From contig DATFVX010000047.1 in the NCBI GenBank assembly GCA_035259985.1, positions 1 through 39,646 of the forward strand: 39,646 nt of DNA, in the 5' to 3' direction. Below the pieces are notes generated by a model that saw nothing but the letters and a program-made list of their open reading frames with translations, was not told the DNA's origin and searched no databases. Origin of the DNA: Acidimicrobiales bacterium (lineage in GTDB: Bacteria; Actinomycetota; Acidimicrobiia; Acidimicrobiales; VFJN01). Position 1 is the stretch's first letter. Every line of letters starts with the position of its first letter. Both the position numbers and the translations under genes were made by a program. Below are positions 17,080 through 26,600 of the stretch, one piece after another.

Positions 17080-17565
17080 ATGTTCCGGCGGGCACTATCG
17101 CGGTTCACGATCGCAGCTCTGGCAGCTGCTGTCGCCACTGGATTGGCGGGCTACGCACCCGCCAACGCTGAGCCGCCAACGCACGACAAGAGCATCGTCA
17201 AGGACGTCGAGGCCACGATTCCTCCGCTGGCTGAGTGCCCAGCGGGCAACGCCGCCTCCATCGACCTGGTCTTCCACGACATCTTCCACCTGCACTTCAC
17301 CGACACGACCTTCCACGTCACAGCGACGCAGACAGGCACGTTCGTCACGAGGTCCGCCACCGGCGATGAGCTCGCCAGCGGCCACTTCACGACGACACTC
17401 TCGGACCAAGGGCCGGGTTTCCCGAAGGAATCCTTCACCAGCCACATCAACGCGACCGGCAAAGCCACAGATGGCACACAGGTAAGGATTCACATCGCCC
17501 AACATTTCACAATCAACGCGAATGGCGATGTGACCGTGGACCGATTCACGGCCGGCTGCAACTGA
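17080..17565 (+). CDS. Secreted hypothetical protein (161 aa) with lower-than-background GC
   Basis: ATG at 17080 follows AAGGGGGAA. Signal peptide MFRRALSRFTIAALAAAVATGLAGYAPANA, then a Thr/His/Phe-rich, beta-like mature part with one Cys near each end. No family recognised. Confidence 0.6.
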   Translation: MFRRALSRFTIAALAAAVATGLAGYAPANAEPPTHDKSIVKDVEATIPPLAECPAGNAASIDLVFHDIFHLHFTDTTFHVTATQTGTFVTRSATGDELASGHFTTTLSDQGPGFPKESFTSHINATGKATDGTQVRIHIAQHFTINANGDVTVDRFTAGCN

Positions 17566-17579
17566 GCAGTCCAGAGTGG

Positions 17580-17622
17580 GCGTGATCGAGATGATCTGAA
17601 TTCAGCGATCATCTCGATCGCG
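17580..17622. terminator. Long near-perfect hairpin between the convergent secreted-protein and VIT genes
   Basis: GCGTGATCGAGATGATC ... GATCATCTCGATCGCGC forms a 17-bp stem with one mismatch. The loop contains the palindrome CTGAATTCAG. Confidence 0.6.
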
Positions 17623-17758
17623 CCCTGCATGGTTGAACAGCCGTCGCCTCCCGGACAACCGGCATCCCGATCACCGACCTGGCGCATCCCCGATCCCCGG
17701 ACAAGCCACGCGCGTCATAGCGGCGGATCTGGGCGATCGGCTCGACAGCGGCAGGCTG

Positions 17759-18469
17759 TCACGCCTCGATGAGGGACCCCACCGCGAAGGAGACAGCCAT
17801 GGCGGTGAGCCCGACGGCCACGTTGCGGGCGACGGTGCGGCCGAGCGGCACATCGCCCCAGCGGGCGACCGCCGCCGAGCTCAGCCCCAGCGCGATGGTG
17901 ACGGCGATGAAGGTGGTCGGAACCCTCCATGCCGACGGCGTGAGCACCGCCGTCACAACCACCACCAGGGCTCCCAGCGCGAACACGAGTCCCGAGGCGA
18001 TAGCCGCCACCAGGGGCGGTGGCGGTGGTTCGTCGACCTCGATGCCGTGCTCCTCCTCGGCGTGGGCGGCCAGGGCATCGGCGGCAGTGAGCTCGACCGC
18101 GACCAGGCGCGCCAGGTCGGGTGCGAGGCCCTTCGCCTCGTAGAAGCGGGCCAGTTCGTCGAGCTCCTGATCCGGGGACCGGCGGAGCTGGTGCCGCTCC
18201 TCATCGAGCAGCCTGGCACGGGCGTCCCACTCGGCGGCGTCCTCGGTATAGCGGGATCCACCGACGGCGATCGCACCGGCGATCGTCGCCACGACCACCG
18301 CGGTCGCCGCAGCCCGGTTCGCGAGCCCGGCACCGAGCACGCCCTCGAGCACGCCCGCGATGGCCACGATCCCGTCGTTCGCATCGATGACGAGGTCCCG
18401 CAACCGTTCGCGGTCACGCCACAACTGGAGGAAGCCGGCCCTCACTACCTCCATCGTGACACCGCCCAC
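17759..18469 (-). CDS. VIT1/CCC1-family (DUF125) putative iron/manganese transporter
   Basis: N-terminal LVIDANDGIVAIAGVLEGV motif, a central acidic helical domain and C-terminal TM helices. The start may instead be the internal ATG (MEVVRAG). Confidence 0.8.
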   Translation of the reverse strand: MGGVTMEVVRAGFLQLWRDRERLRDLVIDANDGIVAIAGVLEGVLGAGLANRAAATAVVVATIAGAIAVGGSRYTEDAAEWDARARLLDEERHQLRRSPDQELDELARFYEAKGLAPDLARLVAVELTAADALAAHAEEEHGIEVDEPPPPPLVAAIASGLVFALGALVVVVTAVLTPSAWRVPTTFIAVTIALGLSSAAVARWGDVPLGRTVARNVAVGLTAMAVSFAVGSLIEA

Positions 18470-18569
18470 CGGGGCTCGTGATCCCCGACCCGAAGCCCCC
18501 GGCGCGCGGCCGGCGCGACGGCATTTCGCCGGTCAGCGGCCCCCGCCGCAGCCGGTAGCGTCGAACGCC

Positions 18570-19025
18570 GTGGATCTCGATGCCGCGATGGAGCTTGCCC
18601 TCGACGAGGCCGCTCTGGCAGTCACCCACGACGACGTGCCGGTGGGCGCAGTCGTGTTGCGCGACGGTGAGGTGATCGCGCAGCGCCACAATGAGCGGGA
18701 GCGCGCCGGCGATCCGACCGCCCATGCCGAGCTGTTGGCACTGCGGGACGCCGCCGAGGTCGTCGGATCCTGGCGCCTCGAGGGCACGACGCTGGTGGTC
18801 ACGCTCGAGCCCTGCCCGATGTGTGCCGGGGCGCTGGTCGCGGCCCGCGTCGATCAGGTGGTCTTCGGTGCCGCCGACCCCAAGGCCGGTGCATGCGGGT
18901 CGCTCTACAACCTGGCCGTCGATCCGCGTCTCAACCACGAGGTCGAGGTGGTGTCCGGGGTGCGTGCCGACGAGGCGGCCGTGCTCCTCACCGACTTCTT
19001 CGAGGAACGCCGCGGCGCCGGCTGA
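18570..19025 (+). CDS. tadA: tRNA-specific adenosine deaminase
   Basis: The CDA fold has HAELLALR (HAE) and PCPMCAGA (PCxxC). The start is GTG 18570 or ATG 18588. The longer ORF N-terminus (from 18360) overlaps the divergent VIT gene and looks non-coding. Confidence 0.88.
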   Translation: MDLDAAMELALDEAALAVTHDDVPVGAVVLRDGEVIAQRHNERERAGDPTAHAELLALRDAAEVVGSWRLEGTTLVVTLEPCPMCAGALVAARVDQVVFGAADPKAGACGSLYNLAVDPRLNHEVEVVSGVRADEAAVLLTDFFEERRGAG

Positions 19026-19061
19026 CCGGCCAGCGGAGGCCGGGGTTTCCGCTGCGGTGAG

Positions 19062-19286
19062 TCAGGCGGCGTCGGAGGCCGGCGACACCACACCACGGCG
19101 GCGCGGCACCGATGCGGCACCGCCCCGGAGCGATCCCCTGGCGCCACACCAGCAGCGCCAGATGACCACCGGTCCCTGCGCGGTGTTGTGGATCGCATCG
19201 ATGCGGGATGCGTCGAGCAACACCCGGGTTCGGTGGCTGGAGCAGTAGACGTCAAACATCGCGGGCGCTCCGGTGGTGGTCGACAC
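19062..19286 (-). CDS. Small hypothetical Cys/His-containing protein (65-74 aa)
   Basis: High GC3 ORF. The core is MFDVYCSSHRTRVLLDASRIDAIHNTAQGPVVIWRCWCG, with C-x2-H ... C-x-C spacing. The start is either GTG 19286 or ATG 19259. Confidence 0.45.
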   Translation of the reverse strand: MSTTTGAPAMFDVYCSSHRTRVLLDASRIDAIHNTAQGPVVIWRCWCGARGSLRGGAASVPRRRGVVSPASDAA

Positions 19287-19454
19287 GAGACATCAGGACA
19301 TCCATCGGCCGGCGCCGGGGGCGACGCCGGCCGGACCGATGCGCGAGCGCCCCGTCCCGTCGCAGGCTGTGCATTCGCTCCTCGGCCAAGAACGAGGTCA
19401 TCGGTTGCACCTGTCCCTCCTTCCGTTGGTCCGATCACTTGGCCTGCGCACAGT

Positions 19455-19472
19455 CCAATTTCACGAAATTGG
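19455..19472. promoter_or_regulatory. Palindrome CCAATTTC-AC-GAAATTGG upstream of the MocR-type regulator
   Basis: Perfect 8-bp arms lie in an AT-richer patch 80 nt upstream of the ATG at 19552. Further CCAATT/GATTGG half-site-like copies occur at about 19490 and 19531. Confidence 0.4.
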
Positions 19473-19551
19473 CCCTGGCTCAGGGCTCGATTGGAATGTA
19501 CTTTGGCTCCTAATCGGGCAGCGATCCAGAGCCAATTCGGAAGGCATTGGT

Positions 19552-21003
19552 ATGAACCAGTCCATTGAAGCGGCCCTCGGTGCCTGGTCGGAGGGTCCCG
19601 GTCCCCTGCATCGCAAGCTCGGGGAGGCGATCCGGCGTGCGATCGACCAGGGGATGCTCGCCGCCGGAGAGCGCCTGCCCGCCGAGCGGGAGCTCGCGAC
19701 CCGTCTCGCCGTGAGCCGGTCCACGGTCGTCACGGCGTTCGACGCCCTGCGGGCGGAGGGCCTGCTGGAGAGCCGACAGGGCAGCGGCACGCGTGTCCGG
19801 CAGCGGTCGGCGCGCCGGGGGGTCCCGGCGGCCGGCCTCACGCTGAGCCCCGTCTACCGATCGCTCATCGAGACGCACGACGAGGTGATCTCGCTGGCGT
19901 GCGCCATCTTCCCGGCGCATCCGGCGGTGGCCGAGGCGATGGTCGACGTCGTCACCGACGATGGGCCCAAGCTGCTCACGCAGATCGGCTACGCGCCCGC
20001 GGGACTACCGGAGCTCCGGGAGGCCGTCGCGGCGATGCTCACCCGCGACGGCACGCCGACCGAACCGGACGAGGTGCTGGCCACCACCGGCGCCCAGCAG
20101 GCGGTGAACCTGGCGACCCAGCTCCTCGTGCGGCCGGGCGACAGCATGGTGGTCGAGTCCCCCAGCTTCGCCGGCACGCTGGACGTGTTCCGCACCCGCG
20201 GCGCCCGCCTGACGCCGGTGGCGGTGGACGACGACGGCGTCGACGTAGGGGGCGTGCGCGCTGCGGTGGCGGCCACCCGGCCGGCCGCCCTGTATCTCAT
20301 GCCCACGTTCCACAACCCAACCGGGGCGCTGCTCGCCGTCCGCCGCCGGCGGGAGCTTGCGGAGCTGGCCGCCGAGACGGGCGTGGCGATCATCGAGGAC
20401 AACGCGCTCGAGAACTGCCCGCTCGACGAGGATCGCCCGCCCTCGATCGCGGCGTTCGCCGGCGCGGACGCCACCGTGCTCACCGCGGGGTCGCTCGGCA
20501 AGGCCGCCTGGGGCGGGCTGCGGATGGGCTGGCTGCGGGGACCGAGGTCGCTGGTCAGCCGCCTGGCCGAGCTCAAGGCGATGAACGATCTCGGTTCGCC
20601 CCTGTTCGACCAGGCGGTGGCCGCCAGGCTGCTGCCCCAGATGGACCAACTGCGGGACGACCACCGTGCGATGCTCCGGCGCAACCTGGAGCTCGTCGGC
20701 CGCCTGCTCGACGACGTGCTCCCCTCCTGGGAATGGCGCCGGCCCAAGGGCGGGCCGTCGCTGTGGGTTCGGCTGCCGGCGGGCACGGCGTCGGCGTTCG
20801 CCCAGGTCGCCCTGCGCTACGGCGTCGAGGTCATTCCTGGCGACGTCATGTCGCCCACGGGCGAGGACCTGCGCTACCTCCGGTTCCCGTACTCCGCCGA
20901 GCCCCCGGTCCTCGAGGAGACGGTGCGGCGCTTGGCGCAGGCCTGGGACGCCTACGCCCCCGGCGAAACCGCCGCCGCGAGGCCGCGCACGGTCGTCGTC
21001 TGA
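19552..21003 (+). CDS. MocR/GabR-type regulator: GntR wHTH fused to a fold-type-I aminotransferase-like domain
   Basis: ATG follows GGAAGG. The wHTH is LPAERELATRLAVSRSTVVTAFDALRAEGLLESRQGSGTRV. The C-terminal aminotransferase-like domain has TFHNPTG and the Lys motif GSLGKAAWGGLRMGW. Confidence 0.88.
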   Translation: MNQSIEAALGAWSEGPGPLHRKLGEAIRRAIDQGMLAAGERLPAERELATRLAVSRSTVVTAFDALRAEGLLESRQGSGTRVRQRSARRGVPAAGLTLSPVYRSLIETHDEVISLACAIFPAHPAVAEAMVDVVTDDGPKLLTQIGYAPAGLPELREAVAAMLTRDGTPTEPDEVLATTGAQQAVNLATQLLVRPGDSMVVESPSFAGTLDVFRTRGARLTPVAVDDDGVDVGGVRAAVAATRPAALYLMPTFHNPTGALLAVRRRRELAELAAETGVAIIEDNALENCPLDEDRPPSIAAFAGADATVLTAGSLGKAAWGGLRMGWLRGPRSLVSRLAELKAMNDLGSPLFDQAVAARLLPQMDQLRDDHRAMLRRNLELVGRLLDDVLPSWEWRRPKGGPSLWVRLPAGTASAFAQVALRYGVEVIPGDVMSPTGEDLRYLRFPYSAEPPVLEETVRRLAQAWDAYAPGETAAARPRTVVV

Positions 21004-21053
21004 GCCCGTCGCCGGGTCGGACTCGCCGTGTTTCGCTGGTAGCTTGCAGCCCC

Positions 21054-21140
21054 GGAAGGTTGCCAGAGCGGACGAATGGGGCGGCCTCGAAAGCCGTTGT
21101 GGCCTCCGGGTCACCGTGGGTTCGAATCCCACACCTTCCG
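21054..21140 (+). tRNA. tRNA-Ser (anticodon CGA)
   Basis: Acceptor stem GGAAGGT/ACCTTCC, anticodon arm GCGGC-CTCGAAA-GCCGT, long variable arm GTGGCCTCCGGGTCAC, T arm GTGGG-TTCGAAT-CCCAC, discriminator G. Confidence 0.9.
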
Positions 21141-21148
21141 CTCGCAGG

Positions 21149-21183
21149 TCCCGGACGGATCATCGTCCGGGATGGTCATTTTG
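21149..21183. terminator. Intrinsic terminator after tRNA-Ser(CGA), also facing the convergent VOC gene
   Basis: TCCCGGACG-GATCAT-CGTCCGGGA (9-bp stem) is followed by TGGTCATTTT. Confidence 0.7.
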
Positions 21184-21188
21184 GCTGG

Positions 21189-21593
21189 TCAGCCGACTGA
21201 CTGGCCGACCTCGATCAGGTGGCCGTCGGGATCGCGGACGTAGCACCGCAGCTCGCTGCCGAGGTCCTGGGGCGGGGTGAGGAACTGTGCGCCCCGGCCG
21301 TGCCAGTCGTCGTAGACGGCCTGGATGTCGGCGACCCGGATGTTGAGGAAGCTGCTCGTCCGATTCGGATCAGGCGGCGTCTCGAGGACGACCTCGGGCT
21401 TGTCGATCGTCGGCCCGCCGCCGACGTTGATGATGATCCAGGCGTTGGCGAGCTGGACGATGGACGGCTCCCCTGCCATGACCGTCTCGCCGCCCAGGAC
21501 GTCGGAGTAGAAGGCCGCCGATCGCTGCACGTCGTCGGAGACGATGAAGTGGGTCAACACGATGCCTTCGGAGGGGCGGGGTAGCTCGGCCAT
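21189..21593 (-). CDS. VOC (glyoxalase/bleomycin-resistance/dioxygenase) superfamily protein
   Basis: 134 aa. The pattern VLTHFIVSDDVQRSAAFYSDVLGG ... CYVRDPDGHLIEV is typical of a single VOC module. Confidence 0.8.
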   Translation of the reverse strand: MAELPRPSEGIVLTHFIVSDDVQRSAAFYSDVLGGETVMAGEPSIVQLANAWIIINVGGGPTIDKPEVVLETPPDPNRTSSFLNIRVADIQAVYDDWHGRGAQFLTPPQDLGSELRCYVRDPDGHLIEVGQSVG

Positions 21594-21614
21594 GAGGGCA
21601 TCCTTTCGCAGCGG

Positions 21615-23096
21615 TCAGCGGCGGGCGAGCAGGTCGAGGTGGCGGAGCCGTTCGTCCTGCGACTCGGTCAGCGGCGGGCCGCTCACCGCGTGGTGCGCCT
21701 CGGTGCCGGCGAGGATGCCAAGGCCCGCGACCGCAGGGCTGGCCTTGGCATCCTCCGCCGGCCGCGTCGGCGGTGGGGGCGTCTCGGGCTGGCAGACGCT
21801 GCCGGTGGGCGGGAGCCCCGGGGCGGCGAGCTCGGGCGGGTCGAGGAACGCCGGGCGTCTCCGGAAGTCCAGGCAGTCGAGCAGGTTGGACGCGTTGGCG
21901 TCGCGCCGGGTCAACGCGCCGAGGTTGAACTTCGTCTCGATCAGCCGCGGCACCGACGTGTGGTCATGCACGACGTGTGACACGTAGTTGCGCCGGGCGA
22001 ACGGGGAGATGACGAAGGCCGGCACCCGCAGGCCGTAATGGTCCCAGGCGGCGGGGGCGTCCGGGGTGGGCTCGACGTCGGGCGGGATGTCGTCGGGCGG
22101 CACCGCCCGCGGGGGGGCGACGTGGTCGTAGTAGCCGCCGTGCTCGTCGTACATGAACACGAGGACCGTGCGCGGCCACGCCGGGCTGGCGAGCACCGCG
22201 TTGATCACCGACGCGCTGAACGCCTCGCCCAGCTGGATGTCGCGCGGGTTCTCCTCGGTGTACGCAGTGACGCCGGGGCTGACGATGGAGACGTCGGGCA
22301 GCGTGCCGGCCCGACAGTCCGCCAGGAAGCTGGGAAACGTTCGCACCCGGTCGAGCCGCGCCCGCCACAGCGATGGGAACAGCGCGATGTCCGGGAGGTC
22401 CCACGCGTAGTCGAGCCACGAGATTCCGAACACGTCGAGCTTCTCCCAGATCGTGCCCCCGGCCGGGTGGGGCATGGCGAACGCCCGGCCGACGTCGGTG
22501 GTGGTGAGGTCCTGGCTGGTGGCGGCCTGCAGGTACATGCGGTTCGGGTAGGTCTGCGCCGGCGCGGACGCGAACCAGCGATCGCACAGCGGGAACGTCC
22601 CGGCGAGCGACCAGTAGAACGGCACGTCGGAGCCGTCCCAGTAGCGCATGGCGTTGGTGTTGTCGTTGTAGAGGAAGCCGTCCATGCGGCCCCCGTTGAT
22701 CTGCAGATGCGTGTTCTCCCACCGCTGGGAGACGCCGCGCCCGCTCTGGCAGGTGTCCGGCGCGTGGAACACGCGCACCGGCTCACCCGTCGTCAGCCGG
22801 TTGCTGTCCTGCGGCTCGCCACCCCGCAGCCGGTAGCCGTCGCCCCGCCGGAACGTGCCGAAGTAGGAGTCGTACGAGTGGTTCTCCTGCATGTAGACGA
22901 CGATGTGCTCGATCTGCGGCAGCAGGTCGACGCCCTCGGGCTTGCCGGGGTCGGGCCGGTCACCCGCCCGCCTGAGCCGGTGGCCGTGACCGGGCTGGCC
23001 CAGCCATGGGTGGCATCCGGTGAGCATGAGCCCGGCGCCGGCGGCGAGACCCTGGATCACGCGGCGGCGGGGCATGGGATCTGACATGCCGGTCAT
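21615..23096 (-). CDS. Phosphoesterase-family protein (phospholipase C / acid phosphatase AcpA type), Tat-signal lipoprotein
   Basis: The twin-arginine signal PRRRVIQGLAAGAGLMLTGC includes the lipobox LTGC. The family motif is MQENHSYDSYFGTF. The exact start among three nearby ATGs is uncertain. Confidence 0.85.
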   Translation of the reverse strand: MTGMSDPMPRRRVIQGLAAGAGLMLTGCHPWLGQPGHGHRLRRAGDRPDPGKPEGVDLLPQIEHIVVYMQENHSYDSYFGTFRRGDGYRLRGGEPQDSNRLTTGEPVRVFHAPDTCQSGRGVSQRWENTHLQINGGRMDGFLYNDNTNAMRYWDGSDVPFYWSLAGTFPLCDRWFASAPAQTYPNRMYLQAATSQDLTTTDVGRAFAMPHPAGGTIWEKLDVFGISWLDYAWDLPDIALFPSLWRARLDRVRTFPSFLADCRAGTLPDVSIVSPGVTAYTEENPRDIQLGEAFSASVINAVLASPAWPRTVLVFMYDEHGGYYDHVAPPRAVPPDDIPPDVEPTPDAPAAWDHYGLRVPAFVISPFARRNYVSHVVHDHTSVPRLIETKFNLGALTRRDANASNLLDCLDFRRRPAFLDPPELAAPGLPPTGSVCQPETPPPPTRPAEDAKASPAVAGLGILAGTEAHHAVSGPPLTESQDERLRHLDLLARR

Positions 23097-23635
23097 ACCG
23101 GCGCGGGACGGTACCGGATCCGGGAACCTGCGGCCCCGCTAGCGGAACAGCCGTGCGAGGGTGTATCCGCCCCCCCGCCGCGACCAGGCCGCCGACAATC
23201 GACACCGAGATGTAGACGAGTGCGACGCCCGCGCGGGCGAGCCCAACCCACAAGAACCGCATCAGCCTCCTCCAGATGTCGACCGAGTAGGAGCCATCGG
23301 CAGTGGTCGCTGCGGTTGTCGGCGAGCCCCATCGCCTTCGGGCGCCCATGCTACGTCCCCCCGCCCGGGACACACTCGAGTCGCGCAGCGGCCCCGCCGC
23401 CCGAAACCCCGGGGCCGCTGCGCCCGGCGTCGCCCCAGAGGCGCCGGCCGGTCTCTCTGACGACCCGTGGCGGTCGGGTCGTCCGGTCATAGATCGCGCG
23501 AGCACCGCGCTCCGTTACACCGACCACACGGCCGGGCCCGCCCGTAACGCGCGGTGACCCGCCACCCTGCGGCACCTACCCTGTGCCCGGGCTGGGATCG
23601 GCGGATCGAGGCGCGGGCAGGATGCGCAGACGGCC

Positions 23636-26600
23636 ATGACACACATGAACATCGACGAGCAGCGGATGCGGATGGTCGGGCCGACGGCCCGACTCGTGGA
23701 GTTCCTCCGCGAGCTGGCGAGGACCGGCCGCCCGCCCGTCCGCAGCGTCGACCGCCACCCGGTCGTGCGGTGGCTCTACGACCTCCCCGCAGAGCTCACG
23801 CTGGACACCGAGGCCGGGCCGGGCGAGACGGTCCTGTCGATCGACCCGGTGGCCTCGGAACCCCCGCCCTCTCCCCCGGCGGAGCTCGAGCCATGGCTCA
23901 GCCGGGCCGACATCCAGGACTCGGCGCTCGACGCGCCGGAGCTCCCCGACGCCATCCCCGACGACGCCCGCGACCAGGCCGTCCGCCGCTACCGGCCGTG
24001 GGTCGGTCGCTGGCAGGTGTGGGCGGAGGCCGACCGCCTCCTCGCGCCCCGCCGCTCGTGGTACGAGGAGCTGGCACGGGCGGGCCGCCAGCTCGAACAG
24101 CAGGACGACATGTACGAGCTGGTGATCGGCACCGGACTGCTCACGTGGTCCTCGCCGACCGGCGACGTCCGCCATCCGCTGCTGACCACGCGGGTCGACG
24201 TCAGGACCGATGCCGCCACCGGGCGGGTCGACGTCGTCGTCCCCGACCAGGCGACCACCAGCTTCGGCGACCGGGCGTTGCTCGAGGGACAGCCGGACTT
24301 CGACTCCCACCGGCCACAGCTGGTCCGGGACGAGATCCGCTCGGGTGCGGCCGTGCCGCTCGGGGACCACAACAAGGAGCTGCTCGCCCGCTGGCAGGCG
24401 CTCGCCCTCCGCCGGGCACTGCCCTACGAACATTCGTGGAAGCCGTCGGAGGCGGGCGAGCGGGGCCCCGACCTGCGCTTCGCGCCGGCGCTCATCCTGC
24501 GCGAGCGCGACCGAACCAGCCTGATCGACTACTTCGACCGCATGCTCGAGGCTCTGTCGGGCCCGACGGCGGCGGCGCCGCTCGGGCTGGCCCAGCTGCT
24601 GGCGGCGCTGGAGCCGGAGGACCGGCTCGCCTGGCTCGAGCGCGAGGGCGCCACCGACGGTGGAACGGTGGGTGGCGATCCGCTCTTCCCGCTGCCCGTC
24701 AACCCGGAGCAGCGCCAGATCATCGACCGGCTGCGCACCGACAACGGTGTCGTCGTTCTCGGTCCACCGGGCACCGGCAAGACGCACACGATCGCCAACC
24801 TCCTGTCCGCGCTGCTGGCTCGCGGCCAGCGCGTGCTCGTGACCAGCCAGAAGGCGCAGGCCCTTCGGGTGCTGCGCGAGAAGCTGCCGCCCGAGATCCA
24901 GAAGCTCTGCGTCTCGATGACCGACGTGGCGCGGGGTGGCTCCCGTGAGCTGGACGAGAGCGTCACCGCGCTGTCGGACCGCTACTCCACGTTCTCGGTC
25001 GCGCGCCATGAGGAGGAGACGCGGCGGCGCACCGCGGCGCGGGACACGGCCTGCCAGCGGGTCGCGCAGCTGACCGAGCGGATCCGCGCGCTCCGCGCCG
25101 CCGAGACGGAGGTGCATCCGTCGGTCGCCGATGGCTACGAGGGCACCAAGGCACGCATCGCGGAGCGGCTTCACGGGAACGCCCCGGCCTGCGACTGGAT
25201 GCCGACGCCGCTCCCCGCGGACGCGCCGTTCGATCCGCCGCTGCGGGTCGACGAGCTCGTCGAGCTCCGGGGCCTCCTGGCGTCGCGCACGCCGGAGCGG
25301 GTGGCACGGCTGCGCCAACTGTTCCCCGACCTGGCTGCGGTGCCCACCGGCGTAGCGATCCAGGCGCTGGTCGATGCCGAGACCGCCGCCGCCACCGAGG
25401 CGCAGGATGCTGCCAGCGAGCTGTCCATGGCGCTCTCGGCCCTCGATCGCGAGGATCTGGCGGCGGTCCGCACCGAGGTCGACCGGTCGCAGGCCGCGAT
25501 CCACGCACTGGGCCTCGGCCCCGACCCGGGGATGTGGGCCGACGACTGGCGCCGGCACGCGGTCGGCGATGCGCTGGCGCGGCGCGAGCTCGGGATCTGG
25601 CACCAGCTGGCGCAGCTCGGCCGGCACGCGGCGGTCGCCCAGGACCGCCTGAACTCGATCGGGCTCCGCACGGTGGCGCTGCCGCAGTTCGATGCCTACG
25701 GGCCCGGCAGCTTCGTTCACCAGCTCGACGCCGGACGCGCGCTCGCCGTGCACCTGGCGGCTGGCAGTCAGCTCAGGAAGCGCTTCCGGCCGGCCGTGCA
25801 GAAGCGCGCCGAGCGCCTGCTCGCGGGCGCGGCCGTGGATGGCGCCCCGATCACCGATGGCGCGCAGCTCGACTGCGTGATGGCCACGCTGGAGGCCGAG
25901 CACACCGCAGGCGTGCTCGCGGGGCACTGGGCGCTCGTCGGCGTCCACCTCGACCCGGGCCTGCCGATCCCCCGGCGCGTTGCCCAGCTCGTGGACCTGG
26001 CGACCGCGCTCGACAACGTGCTCGCGGTCGTCGCCGCCCGCGACGCCGTCGAGCGGCGCCTCGGCGCCCGCGGCGCCCGCGTCCCCCTGGCGGCGCCGAG
26101 CGACTGGGTGGGCTTCGCCGGCGTGCTGAGCGCGGTCCAGGCCCGGCTCGAGGCCGAGCGCGCGACGCAGGTCCTGCGCGACCTCGCGGCCCGCTTCGAG
26201 CTCGAGGCGCAGTCACCCGCAGCAGCTCCCGAGATCGGTCGGCTCGGAGCGGCGGTCGCCGCGCGTGACGTCGACGCCTACGGGTCGGCGCTGCGGGCGC
26301 TGGCCGGCGCGCCCGCCGAGCAGGCCGAACAGCTCCGCTGCGACGAGCTGCGGGGCCTGGTGGAGGCGGCGCACCCGGTTCTCGCCGACCTCCTCGACCG
26401 CACCTGCCGGGCCGACGAGTGGGACGGCCGGATCGGTTCCTTCCCGGCGGCATGGGCGTGGGGCAAGGCCAAGACGTTCCTCGACGGCGCCCGGGAGCCC
26501 GGCCTGGAGGACCGGCTGGCCGCGGAGCTACGCGACGCCGTCGATCGGGTCGGGCGAACGACCGCGGAGCTCGCGGCCGAGGAGGCCTGGGGCGAATGCC

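Noticed and set aside
23576-25948. 790-aa minus-strand ORF opposite the helicase-nuclease gene
   Set aside because: It is an antisense shadow with no motifs. The plus-strand frame carries ordered SF1 helicase motifs.
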